A stretch of 63,756 bases of DNA, filler included, from Octopus bimaculoides (taxonomy: Eukaryota), in assembly GCF_001194135.2 (NCBI RefSeq). It is 8 parts of 8 records of this genome, joined end to end, with 100 filler letters (N's around TTAATTAATTAA, not from the genome) between each part and the next. Parts side by side here need not be neighbours in the genome. Positions count along the whole stretch, not along the records: positions 33,455 to 47,082 come from NC_068998.1; positions 47,183 to 53,632 come from NC_068992.1; 6 more parts are not named here. One strand, written 5' to 3'. The number at the start of each line of letters is the position of its first letter. The stretch's first letter is position 1. Positions 39,008 through 51,917 of this stretch are shown piece by piece. The notes under the pieces are model-generated. The model was not told where the DNA came from, did no database searches, and saw only the letters and a list, made by a program, of their open reading frames with translations. A program made the position numbers and the translations under genes.

Positions 39008-40219
39008 NNNNNNNNNNNNNNNNNNNNNNNNNNNNNNNNNNNNNNNNNNNNNNNNNNNNNNNNNNNNNNNNNNNNNNNNNNNNNNNNNNNNNNNNNNNNN
39101 NNNNNNNNNNNNNNNNNNNNNNNNNNNNNNNNNNNNNNNNNNNNNNNNNNNNNNNNNNNNNNNNNNNNNNNNNNNNNNNNNNNNNNNNNNNNNNNNNNNN
39201 NNNNNNNNNNNNNNNNNNNNNNNNNNNNNNNNNNNNNNNNNNNNNNNNNNNNNNNNNNNNNNNNNNNNNNNNNNNNNNNNNNNNNNNNNNNNNNNNNNNN
39301 NNNNNNNNNNNNNNNNNNNNNNNNNNNNNNNNNNNNNNNNNNNNNNNNNNNNNNNNNNNNNNNNNNNNNNNNNNNNNNNNNNNNNNNNNNNNNNNNNNNN
39401 NNNNNNNNNNNNNNNNNNNNNNNNNNNNNNNNNNNNNNNNNNNNNNNNNNNNNNNNNNNNNNNNNNNNNNNNNNNNNNNNNNNNNNNNNNNNNNNNNNNN
39501 NNNNNNNNNNNNNNNNNNNNNNNNNNNNNNNNNNNNNNNNNNNNNNNNNNNNNNNNNNNNNNNNNNNNNNNNNNNNNNNNNNNNNNNNNNNNNNNNNNNN
39601 NNNNNNNNNNNNNNNNNNNNNNNNNNNNNNNNNNNNNNNNNNNNNNNNNNNNNNNNNNNNNNNNNNNNNNNNNNNNNNNNNNNNNNNNNNNNNNNNNNNN
39701 NNNNNNNNNNNNNNNNNNNNNNNNNNNNNNNNNNNNNNNNNNNNNNNNNNNNNNNNNNNNNNNNNNNNNNNNNNNNNNNNNNNNNNNNNNNNNNNNNNNN
39801 NNNNNNNNNNNNNNNNNNNNNNNNNNNTCTAGCAGCTACACTTTCAGCGCACCCACCCCCACTACTAACTTGGTCGCCCAGATAGCGGAAGCTATCGACT
39901 ACCTCTAGTTTTTCACCCTGGAATGAGATAGAAGTTGTTTCCTGTTTGTTTGCAGTCTTTATTGCACCTGAACATCTGCCACAAACAAAAACTAACTTGC
40001 TAGTTAACCTGCCTTTGATGTTGCTGCACCTCTTATGTGTCCATAGCTTGCACCGGGTACATCTTATAGAGTTACTACCTACTCCTTTTCTACATACTGA
40101 GCAGGGCCATCTACCTGAAGGGGTTTGTGTTTTATCTACCTTCCTACTTCTATCTATCTATCTATCTATCTATTTATCTATCTAATTAACAAAAGATATC
40201 TGTTGTTTTTAAATTCTCT

Positions 40220-40367
40220 ATGATTTACTTTCGATACATATACACATATATATACATATATATACATACATATACATATATACATGTATATATACACATA
40301 TATATATACAAAAATATATACACATACATATATATATATACATATATATATACACATACATATACAC

Positions 40368-40422
<55 letters not shown>

Positions 40423-40565
40423 TACATATATATATACATATATAGGTATACATACACAAATATATATACAGATACATATATACATGCACACACATATATA
40501 TACATACACATATATACATATATACATACACATATATACACACACACACACACACATAGATATAC
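40220..40565. repeat. Long compound (TA)/(CA)/(TACA) microsatellite
   Basis: Direct reading; produces spurious YIYI ORFs. Confidence 0.95.
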
Positions 40566-41018
40566 AAACTTGATATTAGGCTAATTCCTCTAATCATTAT
40601 TCTATTAGTTAATTATTTAAATTAGATTGTAAAACAAACATTGACAAAAAGAAAATGGTGTTTACCTGGTTTTAATCTATAGAGCATCTAACCATTTAAC
40701 AGTTTACATAATATGCAAGTGAGAAAATTAGTTTCTCAAATAATGTTAGTTGATAATGACAAAGAAATTTGTAAAATTTAACAATTTGTTGACGTTTTAG
40801 CGATGTGGGAGGTGAGACAAAAAATGGAATGCAAACAAGATCTGCAGGAATAATTAATTAATAGCATACACACTAATTAAACAGGCCATTATTTGAAAGA
40901 AGAAAATAAAAATCATGTTCTTACTTAATGAACATATGATTGAAGAGGTGCTTTATTAGCCATTTACTATTTCCACCATACATCTCTCCTACCAAGTGTC
41001 AAATCTAAGATGGTGAGT

Positions 41019-41072
<54 letters not shown>

Positions 41073-42039
41073 GGCAGACAGGCAGAAGGAGAAGGCTGGT
41101 GTGCGTAACACTGTCTCATAAGTCTTAATCAGAGTCAGATCTAAACTTGATATGGATAAAGATTATATTCCAATAGAAAATAAACTGGTACATGAATGGA
41201 TAATTTATGTTGTGTTACTGTTGCTGCCATTTAGTCCTAGTCTAGCCTTGATCAATGAAGCAGAACTATGATTACAGATGGTTCGACCATCCTACCTCAT
41301 TTCTTTCAGTTTTGTCCTTTTTTAAACATCATACATACATATATATATATATGTATATATATATGTTGTTGGCACTCCATCGCTTACGATGTCGAGGGTT
41401 CCAGTAGATCTAATCAACGGAACAGCCTGCTCGTGAAATTAACGTGCAAGTGGGACTGAACCAAGAACCATATGGATGGGAAGCAAGCTTCTTACCACAC
41501 AGCCACTCCAGACTTTGAAAAAAGCAATTAAGAACCCAGTACATTATATTCTTATTAGACCTATTCATGTTCTAAAAACCCAATGGATTGTACATAAGGG
41601 CTAGTATTTTTCTTGGAAGGTCAGAAATACTAGCAAGAATTGTTAGCACAGTCATTTTATGGTTGAATTCCTTTCACACATCATCAACCATTCAAGTTGT
41701 TGCTGTTTATCCCCAGTTCAGTCATCATTTAGCAGACCTCTGATCAAGAGCATTCCAGCCATGACCATCATATCATCTGGTGTATCTAGGATTACATTTT
41801 CTGTGATTTGACAAAAGTTTGGTAGTTATTTCTAGCAAATCAGACGACCTATATAGAAGCGTTTCTGTTGGCTCCATTCAGGTTAAAAGTGTAGGTAGAA
41901 AGTATGATGAACTGGAGTAATGAACCTTTCCCAAGTATTTCATTGCAATATTTGTGGAGTTGATAGGACAAGGCATGAACTAAAATTGATTGCCAAGCCA
42001 TCAATCCTGTGACTTAACTACATGGCACTGCACCTAGAA

Positions 42040-42326
42040 CAGGGGTTTTCAAACTTTTTGACTTGCGGACCCCTTTATATTTCAGGCTTTACCCCCTTAT
42101 AAACGCTTATGAAATTTATACATAAATATTTGCTTAAAATAACATACATGTTTACATTTGTTTATTTAACAGTATTTAACAAATAGGTTTATTGTCAATT
42201 AAAAGATTTCGATTAAAAAACATATATAAAATCAAATTGCCCATAAAAAGTATTTGCTGTTCACGGACCCCTGTCTTGTCCATGTGGACCCCCTGTGGTC
42301 TGCAGACCACAGTTTGAAAACCACTG
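42040..42326. mobile_element. hAT-type MITE inserted into a SINE tail
   Basis: TIR caggggttttcaaact / agtttgaaaaccactg; duplicated (c)acctagaa at 42031-42039 and 42327-42335. Confidence 0.82.
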
Positions 42327-43378
42327 CACCTAGAATGTTCCCTTCCATGGCACACATCCAGACAAGGTTATTTATGGAAGATAAACAGTCACCCATGCAT
42401 ACCGGCCTCCCTGCTCCATGCCACTGATGTTATCCAAGGGAAAGGCTTAACTACACAACAGCTTGTCTTTCAATGAGGTATATTCCATATGTAGCAAGAT
42501 GTGACAAATAAATTCAACAAAAAGAATAGCAAATAAGACTAAAGATATAATAGAAAACAGACAAATAAAAACAAAAACAATACAAAATAAAAAAAATCCA
42601 AAATTTTTAAAAAATACAAAATACAAAACTATAAAACAGGAAAAAAGCAAATAAATGAACTGAAGTTTTATAAATGGCTGAAGAAAGCAAACATTAAGCA
42701 AAGTCCAAAAATGTTTTTTAGTAATAGTTATAAATACTCACCAATCGCACAAAGAATTATTTTTGCCTGGAATACAAAGGAATAATAATGTTAACAGTTT
42801 GACAAAATGTTTGTATTGAATGTTTCATAAAGATTTCACCAGTCTGTCTCTCACTTCTCCATCAGCCGCGTCTATTCTGTGAAAGTTTCCTAATGGCAAA
42901 TAGCAAAGAGGTGTGTATAATATAATAACTTTTCACTTCTTGACAGAACATTCAAGATGAATGGAACCGAAAGCATTCTTGGGTTTATATATAAGTGTAT
43001 TCTTTGAAAAAAAATGAATATACTTCATTCTTGCTTCAAGCACCATTATTTCATGAAAGAAGGGGGGTGGGGGAAAAAAGGTGATTGAGAACTTAAGGTG
43101 GTGAAGGAGAAGAGCCAAAAACAGGAATGGAAGGAAACAAGAGTAAGAGAAAACACAATAATAATAATAATGATGATTTCAAATTTTGACACAAGGCCAG
43201 CAATTTCGGGGAAGAGGGTAAGCCAATTAGATTGAACCCCAGTATTCAACCGATATTTATCTTATTGGCCCAAAAAGGCAAAGTCAACCTCGGCAGAATT
43301 TGAAATCAGAACATAAAGATGGACAAAATACTGTGAAATTTTGCCTGACATGCAAACAATTCTGTCAGCTTACCACCT

Positions 43379-43409
<31 letters not shown>

Positions 43410-43449
43410 GAATGATAATAATAATAATTACGATGATGATGAGACGAGG

Positions 43450-43880
43450 AAAGCTTGTCAGGACAGAAGGCATGTGTTTGCCAAGTGGTGAGATGATGAA
43501 GGCAATTCAACCTCAAACCAGCTATAAATACCTGGGAATACTTGAGGCAGATGGAATTAAATATAACAACATGAAGGAAAAGACAAAATGAGGGTACCTG
43601 CAGTGAGTGAGAAAAATATTGGCTTCAAAGCTGAATGCCAGAAACATAATTTCAGCAATAAACTCACACGCAGTCACAGTAGTTTGGTATGGCACTAGAA
43701 TCCTGAAGTGGACAGAGGAGGAGCTAAAGGAGTAAGACAGGAAGTCTAGAAAGCTCCTAATGATGCGTGGAGCCCATCATCCACATGAAGACACTGATCA
43801 CCTATACCTGAAGAGCGCAACTGGGGGAAGAGGACTGATAGGTGTGGGAGACTGTATACATATTGATTTAAGAACCATCT
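43450..43880 (+). mobile_element. R4/Dong LINE RT-thumb fragment
   Basis: KLNARNIISAINS...LKWTEEELKE*DRKSRKLL...HPHEDTDHLYLKSATGGRGLIGV; preceded by (AAT)n. Confidence 0.75.
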
Positions 43881-44661
43881 GCTGGCATGTCCCAACATGC
43901 CATGCCATGGAAAAAATTCAAATATTAATTAGAAGCAGCTTCAGGTTAGAGATATTTGTAATAAGTGCAAAGGATAATAGAGGTCGTTGGAAGAAATAAG
44001 ATATAGCATCAAGTAAAGACCCTCTTCAGACATGAATGACCATGGGATTGCACCTAGAAAGTTCCGCTCCGAGGCACAAGTCCAGACAAGGATGTTTATG
44101 GAAGACCAGCAGTCGCCCATGCATACCAGCCTCCCCTCGCCACACTACCAATGTTATCCAAGGGAATGGCAAAGGCTGATACAGCTTGGCACCATTGATG
44201 TTGTAACTCATTTCTACAGCTGAGTGAACTGGAGAAATGTGAAATAAAGTGTCTTGCTCAAGAACACAACACACAGCCCAGTCTGGGAATCAAACTCAGT
44301 AGGACTGCATTGTCTAAATACACCCTGACCACATTTAAGATGGTACAGCCATGATTTTGAGGGTGATTGGATTATTTCTAGCATTCCTTGGCTTCTTGTA
44401 ACATGGTGATATGCTTGTAATGATAGACATGCAACAGAAAAATCAATTGATGTCTGAATCATTTCATTTTACTTACTGCTTGTGGCTATAATTTCCAGAC
44501 ATAATCAATAGCCTAAAGATAGATTAACACTGTTGACTGACATGAACTTGGTGATCTACGTGAGGTGATGTATTCAGTGGACACTTTTTGGCTTAGTGGT
44601 GATTACAGGTAACTTTCAATCACTCACATGTCCTATATATATATATGTGTATGTATGTGTA

Positions 44662-44708
<47 letters not shown>

Positions 44709-44765
44709 AGAGAGAGAGAGAGAGAAAGAGATATGTATGTATGTATGTATGTATGTGTGTATGTG

Positions 44766-44805
<40 letters not shown>

Positions 44806-45024
44806 TACATGTATATACAAATGTAAATGGTGTGTGGGTGTATATATACATGAACATGAAAGAATTTAAAATGTAAACTACAGCTACTTCAAAAACACAT
44901 TTTTAAAAATTTTAAACATAAAAGAAAACTCTTCTACAAATAAACTCAAATTATAGTTATTCTGTAATCTTTGTGCATGTGCACATAGAACTATATAAGA
45001 TGCATGCATGTATATGTGTGAACC

Positions 45025-45069
<45 letters not shown>

Positions 45070-45690
45070 ACGTGCGCGCCTTTTTGGCTAAATTCAAAGT
45101 GTTGTGTACATACAGTCATAAACAACCCAATCCAGGGTAGACTGTTAGCATTTGATATAATAAACATATCTATCCACTCTACATGATATAATGGGCCTTA
45201 TATCAGATAATGTTTTCATTATGTAAAATATACATTAATATACTTTATAACTACTAAAGCAATGAGCTGGCAAAATTGTTAGCATGCCAGGCAAAATGCT
45301 TAGTGATATTTCGTCCATCTTTTAGTTCTGAGTTCAAATTCCACCAAGGTCAACACATATAGATGGAGTTGTATTTATTGAGGAACAGATTAACTTAGCT
45401 CCTCGTGATCAGCTCTTTGGACATATGGAGACATATGTCTTAGAAGCTGGTCATATTTTTTCATTATCATGAAATTTTATGTAACGTAAGGAGCTAAGTC
45501 AACTATTACTCTTTCCCTTTATGTATATATATATCACATAAGAATGTATCTGCTCATAAGAAAGAAATCAAATAAAAATAGTGAATGTGAAACTAGTGTA
45601 TAATATCAAAAATATGGTATATTTATTTATTATAGATGAAAGTATACAGTACTAAGAACGTTCAGTATCTCATAAGAATTTTTTTCAAAC

Positions 45691-46720
45691 TATGACTGTC
45701 AGCTGAGAAGTTCATTGGCTGATCACGATAATCTCATGGGATGTGACCAAATGAGGTTTATTTTGTCAACATAGTCCCCTTTGTGGTCCACACACATCTT
45801 GCATCAATGTTGCAGAGCTTAGATCCCATTGGTGAAGGAGCTTTCATCCTGTTAATGAAAAAAGTCATCAACACCAGATGTGATGTCACCATCACTGCAA
45901 TACTCGTCCCCAGCCAAGTGCTTTTTCCATGTTGGGGAACAGGTGATAGTCAGATGGAACCAAATAAGCAGAATAGGGACAGTGGTCAACCAGTTTGATG
46001 CATGGCAGCCAATGAAACCAAGGACTTGTGTGCTGGAGCATTGCCCTGATGAAACAAGGCTCCTTTCGCCAGTTTTCCTGGGCATTTCATTTTGATAGCC
46101 TTTCATAACTGCCTCAGCAAGTTGCCATTGTACTTTCCATTGATGGGTGACCCTTTTGAAAAATAGTCAATAAACACAATGCCTTTTGCATCCCAAAAAA
46201 GTCAGGCCATCACCTTCTCTACAGATGAAATGACTTTGGCCTTCTTTAGAGCAGGTGAGGAGGGACATTTCCATTGCATGGATTGTTTCTCTGTCTCTGG
46301 CTCAAAGTGATGAAGCCAACACTCATCTTGGGTTAGGAAACATTCAAGAAAACCAGCTGGATCTGCCTAAAACAATGTCAGATTTTCTCATGTGATCAGC
46401 AAGGTGTACTTTTGATCAGGTGTCAGAAGACATGGCAGCCACCAAGTTAAAATCTTCTTCATGCCAACTCCATTGTGCAGAATATTCTCTACTTTCTCAC
46501 AGAACATGCTTATAACACTGGCTATTTTATTCATAGTCAATCGCTTGCCATCCATCAGTATGTGACGAACATGTTCAATGTTTTCCTCGGTGATGACAGC
46601 TGCAGGATGTCCAGAACTTGGGTGACCTTCAAGACTCTCTCTTCCCCTCCTAAATCCAGCTGCCCACTTTTGTACTGTTGATAAGCATCTTGTAGAGGCA
46701 CATGATAAAAAGCACACGAT
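45691..46720 (-). mobile_element. Mariner transposon, decayed, 5' end missing
   Basis: TVQKWAAGFRRGRESLEGHPSSGHP, WLPCLLTPDQK, TQDECWLHHFEPE and FHQGNAPAHKS; TIR-like tatgactgtcagctgagaagttc at 45691. Confidence 0.85.
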
Positions 46721-46831
46721 AAAGCATGATAAAAGATCTTGCCTAGTGTGCTAACAATTCTGCCAGCTCACCACCTTCATAATTGTAATAATATCAAAAT
46801 CATATAATAGAGAAAACATGATGTTAGTGAT

Positions 46832-47082
46832 CATCATCATCATCATCATCATCGTTTAACGTCCGCTTTCCATGCTAGCATGGGTTGGACGATTTGACTG
46901 AGGACTGGTGAAACCGGATGGCAACACCAGGCTCCAGTCTGATTTGGCAGAGTTTCTACAGCTGGATGCCCTTCCTAACGCCAACCACTCAGAGAGTGTA
47001 GTGGGTGCTTTTACGTGTCACCCGCACGAAAACGGCCACGCTCGAAATGGTGTCTTTTATGTGCCACCCGCACAAGCCAGTC
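46832..47082 (-). mobile_element. Young (GAT)n-tailed retroelement 3' end, copy 3
   Basis: Near-identical to 21020-21270. Confidence 0.8.
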
Positions 47083-47394
47083 NNNNNNNNNNNNNNNNNN
47101 NNNNNNNNNNNNNNNNNNNNNNNNNNTTAATTAATTAANNNNNNNNNNNNNNNNNNNNNNNNNNNNNNNNNNNNNNNNNNNNTATATATATATATATATA
47201 TAATGCATATTTGGATGCGGGACGAATATGCACGTGTTTATCCATTCACAATGATTTAGTCGACCCAATCCAATGTCTGATGTCACTTGCCCACCGGACT
47301 GAACCTGGAAGAATGTGATCGGGAGGTATATGCGCGATCGCGCGTGTGTTTGTGCGTGCTTGCGAATATGTGTATGTGCGTTCTGGTGCGCGTG

Positions 47395-47425
<31 letters not shown>

Positions 47426-47644
47426 CTGTGTTGTGTATCATTATCTCGGTCTGAATTGTCACGTACGCTTAGATAATATTATGTCGTAATTACCATACGT
47501 AAAGAATACCACTGTTACACGATATGTGACAGATAACGTCTTTCACTCGCTCATAAACACATAGGCACATATACTAAACACATAGACACATATACAGACA
47601 TATATACAGGCATATATAAAATAGATATACACATGCAAAATACA

Positions 47645-47675
47645 CTTCCGGTATTTCAGAACACAATGGCGGTCG
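47645..47675. promoter_or_regulatory. Candidate promoter motifs: ETS-type ACTTCCGGT plus YY1-like ACAATGGCGG
   Basis: Both motifs within 30 bp, in CpG-normal DNA just beyond the edge of the CpG-depleted domain. Confidence 0.3.
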
Positions 47676-47966
47676 GACTCTATTTCACTGGTTTCCTTTT
47701 TCCTTCATTCATTTTCTCTCCGTGTCTATAATTCCTTTCAAAACAAGTGTGAATATTATAAATGTAAAAGACAATTCTTTCTTTCTTCCTATTTCCTGAA
47801 TGTCAGCCTAATATATTCTGTTAGTTTTTTTTTTTCATCTAGTCTTTGTGTTTATATTTTACGGCGTACACATATTCATGCATACATACATCCATCCATT
47901 CAGTCATACATACACACACACACACACGCATATGTACGTGAATATATGCATACATATGTATATGTA

Positions 47967-48018
<52 letters not shown>

Positions 48019-48036
48019 TGCATATATATACATATA

Positions 48037-48067
<31 letters not shown>

Positions 48068-48924
48068 GCATACATACACACATATATATGCATATATTTA
48101 TACATATATATATATATACACACACATATATACATATATATATACATATATATATATATATGTATATTTATATATATTTATACACACACATATATATGAG
48201 AGTGACATTGAGTGAAAGAGTGAGTGAGAGAGAGAGAGACAGAAAGGGGGAGAGAGAACAGTGCGTGTGTCTTTGGACACACGAAAATAGACAATTTAGT
48301 AATTTAGTTGTCTGATTGATTAAAATGTTGACAATTCCAGAACGAAAACAAAATATTTTTCCACATGCAATATGTTTCAAAAATATCACATCATAAATAA
48401 TATTCACCTTCTAATTCGTCTCAGGTTTTAATCTAATTTCCGTTAATATAACATCCAATATGTTTTTTTTTTAGTTTTTTCTAAAATTTTCTGATGCTCA
48501 TCCTATCATTAAAGAATTCTACGCGTTCTTTTCGTATTCATATTTCATACATTGAAAAAAAAAAAAGAAATAGGAAGAATTCTTTTCTATTTGATAGGAA
48601 AAGAATGCGTTTCGCTGTGTGTAAGTGCGTACGTGTGTATGTATGTACATATGTGTGTGTGTGTTCCTATATGTTCCCGTGTTCTGTGCGTCATTGAATT
48701 TGTGTATGTATATATATATATGTGTGTATGTGTATATATGTGTGAGTTTATGTGTGTATGTGTGTATGTATGTGTGTGTGTCTGTGTACGTGTATGTGCC
48801 CACGTTTGTACTCATTTAGCCTATTTCGGGTGAGTGGTTACATAGGATTAACTCCTAGATTAATACCGTTAAACTGTTTCATTTGTTGCAGTTTAGCCCC
48901 TTGTGGGCAATAAAGAAATAAGAA

Positions 48925-49115
48925 ACGTTAGCACGCCGGGCGAAATACCTAGCGGTATTTCGTCCTTCTTTACGTTCTGAGTTCAAATTCCGCTGAGGTC
49001 GACTTGCCTTTCACCCTTTTAGGGTCGATGAAGTAAGTACCAGTTGCGTGCTGGAGTCGATCTAATCGACTGACCCCACCCCAAATTTCGGGTCTTGTGC
49101 TTAGAATTGAAAAGA
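48925..49115 (+). mobile_element. SINE family A, well preserved and CpG-retaining
   Basis: gttagcacgccgggcgaaat...ttctgagttcaaattccgctgaggtcgact...tcgggtcttgtgcttagaattgaaaag. Confidence 0.8.
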
Positions 49116-50217
49116 ATATCATTGGAGAGAGTGTGGTAAGGTCTAAATGATTAGAAGCAGAGAGGGAGAGAGGGAGAGAGGGAGAGGGAGAGAAAGAGAG
49201 AGGAGTGTTTTAATAGAGTGTTTAAAAGGAGAGTTTTGAAATTCCTTCTTTGTGTTTCTTATAGTTTAATAATGTTTTCAAATATGCTGATTTACACTCG
49301 AGAATTCCTATAGGTCCGACAAGTATATATAATTAAAAAAATTCAGTTTTATTATTGCCATGGTGAATGTCGTTCATAAAGTGGTAACAGATATCGATAC
49401 GATTGCAAATACCTATTGAAACAATTTCACTCTTCATACTAATACTCTCGGGAGCAAATGGCGCCTTCTACTTTGCCATTCCTATCCTTCTCAAATAGAA
49501 GTTCTTTGAGTGTATTTTAAAAAAATCAATGTTTTCCTAATTAACTTTCCAATTGGGATGTCCGCTGTATTCAGATGCCGATCTCAAAGAGAAATTTATT
49601 GTATTAAATAACTTTACGGGTTCATGCGATGCTGTCATTTATATTTTAACCCCTGGGGATTCGACAAAAATAACAATCCTGGAGTTGATTTAACCGCTTA
49701 TCAACTGTTGTCAAAACGAGATGTATTGCATATTATTAGAAAATGGCTGATATTTTCTTTCACTCAGTTTTTAAAGGTTTCTTGCACTTTCTCATACTGT
49801 CATTATTACCGTCCTTACTACTAATGAGATCTGTAGATCCTAGTATATCTAACTATAAGCCTAGCCTGAGAGGAAATTAAAAGTCACCACTGCAAGCAAA
49901 TTGGTTGATTTGTTACTGCATCGTGGTTATTGTTCCAATCTTAAATCGCTCTGAGGTTTATCTGACTCGCTAACGATTCTGCGAGATCGTCACCTTAATG
50001 GTAATAATCGTTTCTATTATAGGCATATGACCTAAAATTTTAGAGATGTAAGTTAATAGATTACATCGGCCCAGTGTTTGACTGACTGGCACTGTCGATT
50101 TGATGGAGTGAGTGAGCTACTGTACAGAATATCCATTTGTTCTCTATAAACAAATCGTTTAGGAAGATCGTTCGCCAGAAAGCTGAACACTGATACGTCG
50201 TTTCGACGGGAGAGTAA

Positions 50218-50271
<54 letters not shown>

Positions 50272-50274
<3 letters not shown>

Positions 50275-50827
50275 GAGTGAGAGAGCAGTGCATGCCATCA
50301 AAGTGACACTGGAGTAAAATATACGAAGCCCAGCATACCCATCATGACTACCCATCCGATACGGGTACACCAGGCACATGCATCACAGCCATGTGTGCGT
50401 GACATAGTGGTCTCATATCAAGATAAACAACGCATGGGCTTGCAGGTGAAGCCCAGTTAGAATTTTCTTCAGGGAGAGTAGCCCATCTCTCTCAAAAGGC
50501 CTCTGAATAAGCCTTGTTTAAGGATGTTGAACGAAACACCCATGTTTCCAGAGGTGAATTATCCAAACCCCAAAGAATTCCTTTCAACACATAGCTATGA
50601 TGTTCCCCCACTACTTCTACTCGTGATCAGAGATGCACATATCGCCAGCCACCAAGGGACATGCTCAACTGGTTACGGTCAAACAGCTGACAAGCAAATC
50701 TGTAGTATTGAGCAGAATATTTGCTGTAACCCATCTTTTATACCAAGTCAAAACAATGTACATGATAATACTTCCAATCAGTTAAGATCAGAAGCCATGA
50801 GAGCCACTGCCTGGTTCTGCATCAGGG

Positions 50828-50830
<3 letters not shown>
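50272..50830. mobile_element. Second copy of the (AAT)n-flanked 530-bp repeat, inverted relative to 24800-25330
   Basis: Flanked by (TTA)n at 50218-50275 and 50828-50900. Confidence 0.8.
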
Positions 50831-50904
<74 letters not shown>

Positions 50905-51589
50905 GTAAATTGTAATTGGACGTTATCCCAGGCACATGTTCCTAATAATATTTTCTATTGAATACATTATGGATCATCATTCTAATAATGTTTATCTTCC
51001 ATTTATTTCTGTGAATCTTTCGGAATACATGTTTACCATGTTTATTTTCTCTTTAGTCTATTAAGAGCTCTTGTTTGCTTATTTATTTTCTGTTTTGTTC
51101 CGTTTTTACTCTTTAATTTTCTTCCAGTTATCGGCTTTATGCAGAAATGATCAAATATAAAGATATTCCATATTAAAGTTATAATAAAGTTATATAAAAT
51201 TATTTTAAGTTAATTAAAATATTCTGTTTTGAGACAACAACAATAAAAACAAAACCTTCCTTTGATAACAATTTTTGCTGCTGTACTATCTTGTGAATCT
51301 GTCATGCTCGATAAACGAACACCGCACCACAGAATCTCTACGAATGTGATACGCTAACAGTTGTGCTTTCCAGCCAGCAAGGCATCCCAAGAGACGAACG
51401 TTATTTTAATTGACGTTCAATAAAACGTTCTGTTATCTTACACAGTTAATGACCCCTTGGTAAAGTTGAGAATATCAAACATTTTTCTGACGTGTAAAAT
51501 ACTTGGTCTTTATAAGTATTTACAAAGAAACGAAGGTTACCGATATAACGTCATCCATCTTGATACGTTATTTAAGTTGCAAAGACCAA

Positions 51590-51917
51590 AATGTAAAATA
51601 TTTCAGTTCTGTATTTAAGAGATGAGGAATTATGCACATTATTTACATTATTTACATTTGACAGATATTTGTCCTCATCTTGTTTGTTGTTAACACAACG
51701 TTTCGTCTGATATACCCTCCAGCCTTCATCAGGTGTCTTGGAGAAATTTCGAACTTGGGTTCTCATTTCTAAGGTATTTTTCGATGTTATTATTATTATT
51801 ATTATTATTATTATCATTATTATTATCATTATTATTATTATTTAGGTCACTGCCTGGAATCGAACTCGGAATCTTGGGGTTAGTAGCCCCCGCTCTTAAC
51901 CACTACGCCATATGCCC
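51590..51917 (-). mobile_element. tRNA-headed SINE-like element carrying a hammerhead motif
   Basis: Head 51843-51917 with A box TGGCGTAGTGG, B box GAGTTCGATTCC and arm GGGG-CTACTAA-CCCC; then (AAT)n, body and hammerhead. Confidence 0.72.
51692..51737 (-). ncRNA. Minimal type I hammerhead ribozyme candidate
   Basis: GACAC-CTGATGA-A-GGCTGG-agggtata-TCAGAC-GAAAC-GTT^GTGTT; stem I GACAC/GTGTT; palindromic stem III ACGT. Confidence 0.75.

Noticed and set aside
51843-51917. Functional tRNA gene (anticodon ACT)
   Set aside because: Acceptor and T stems mispair; context shows a SINE head
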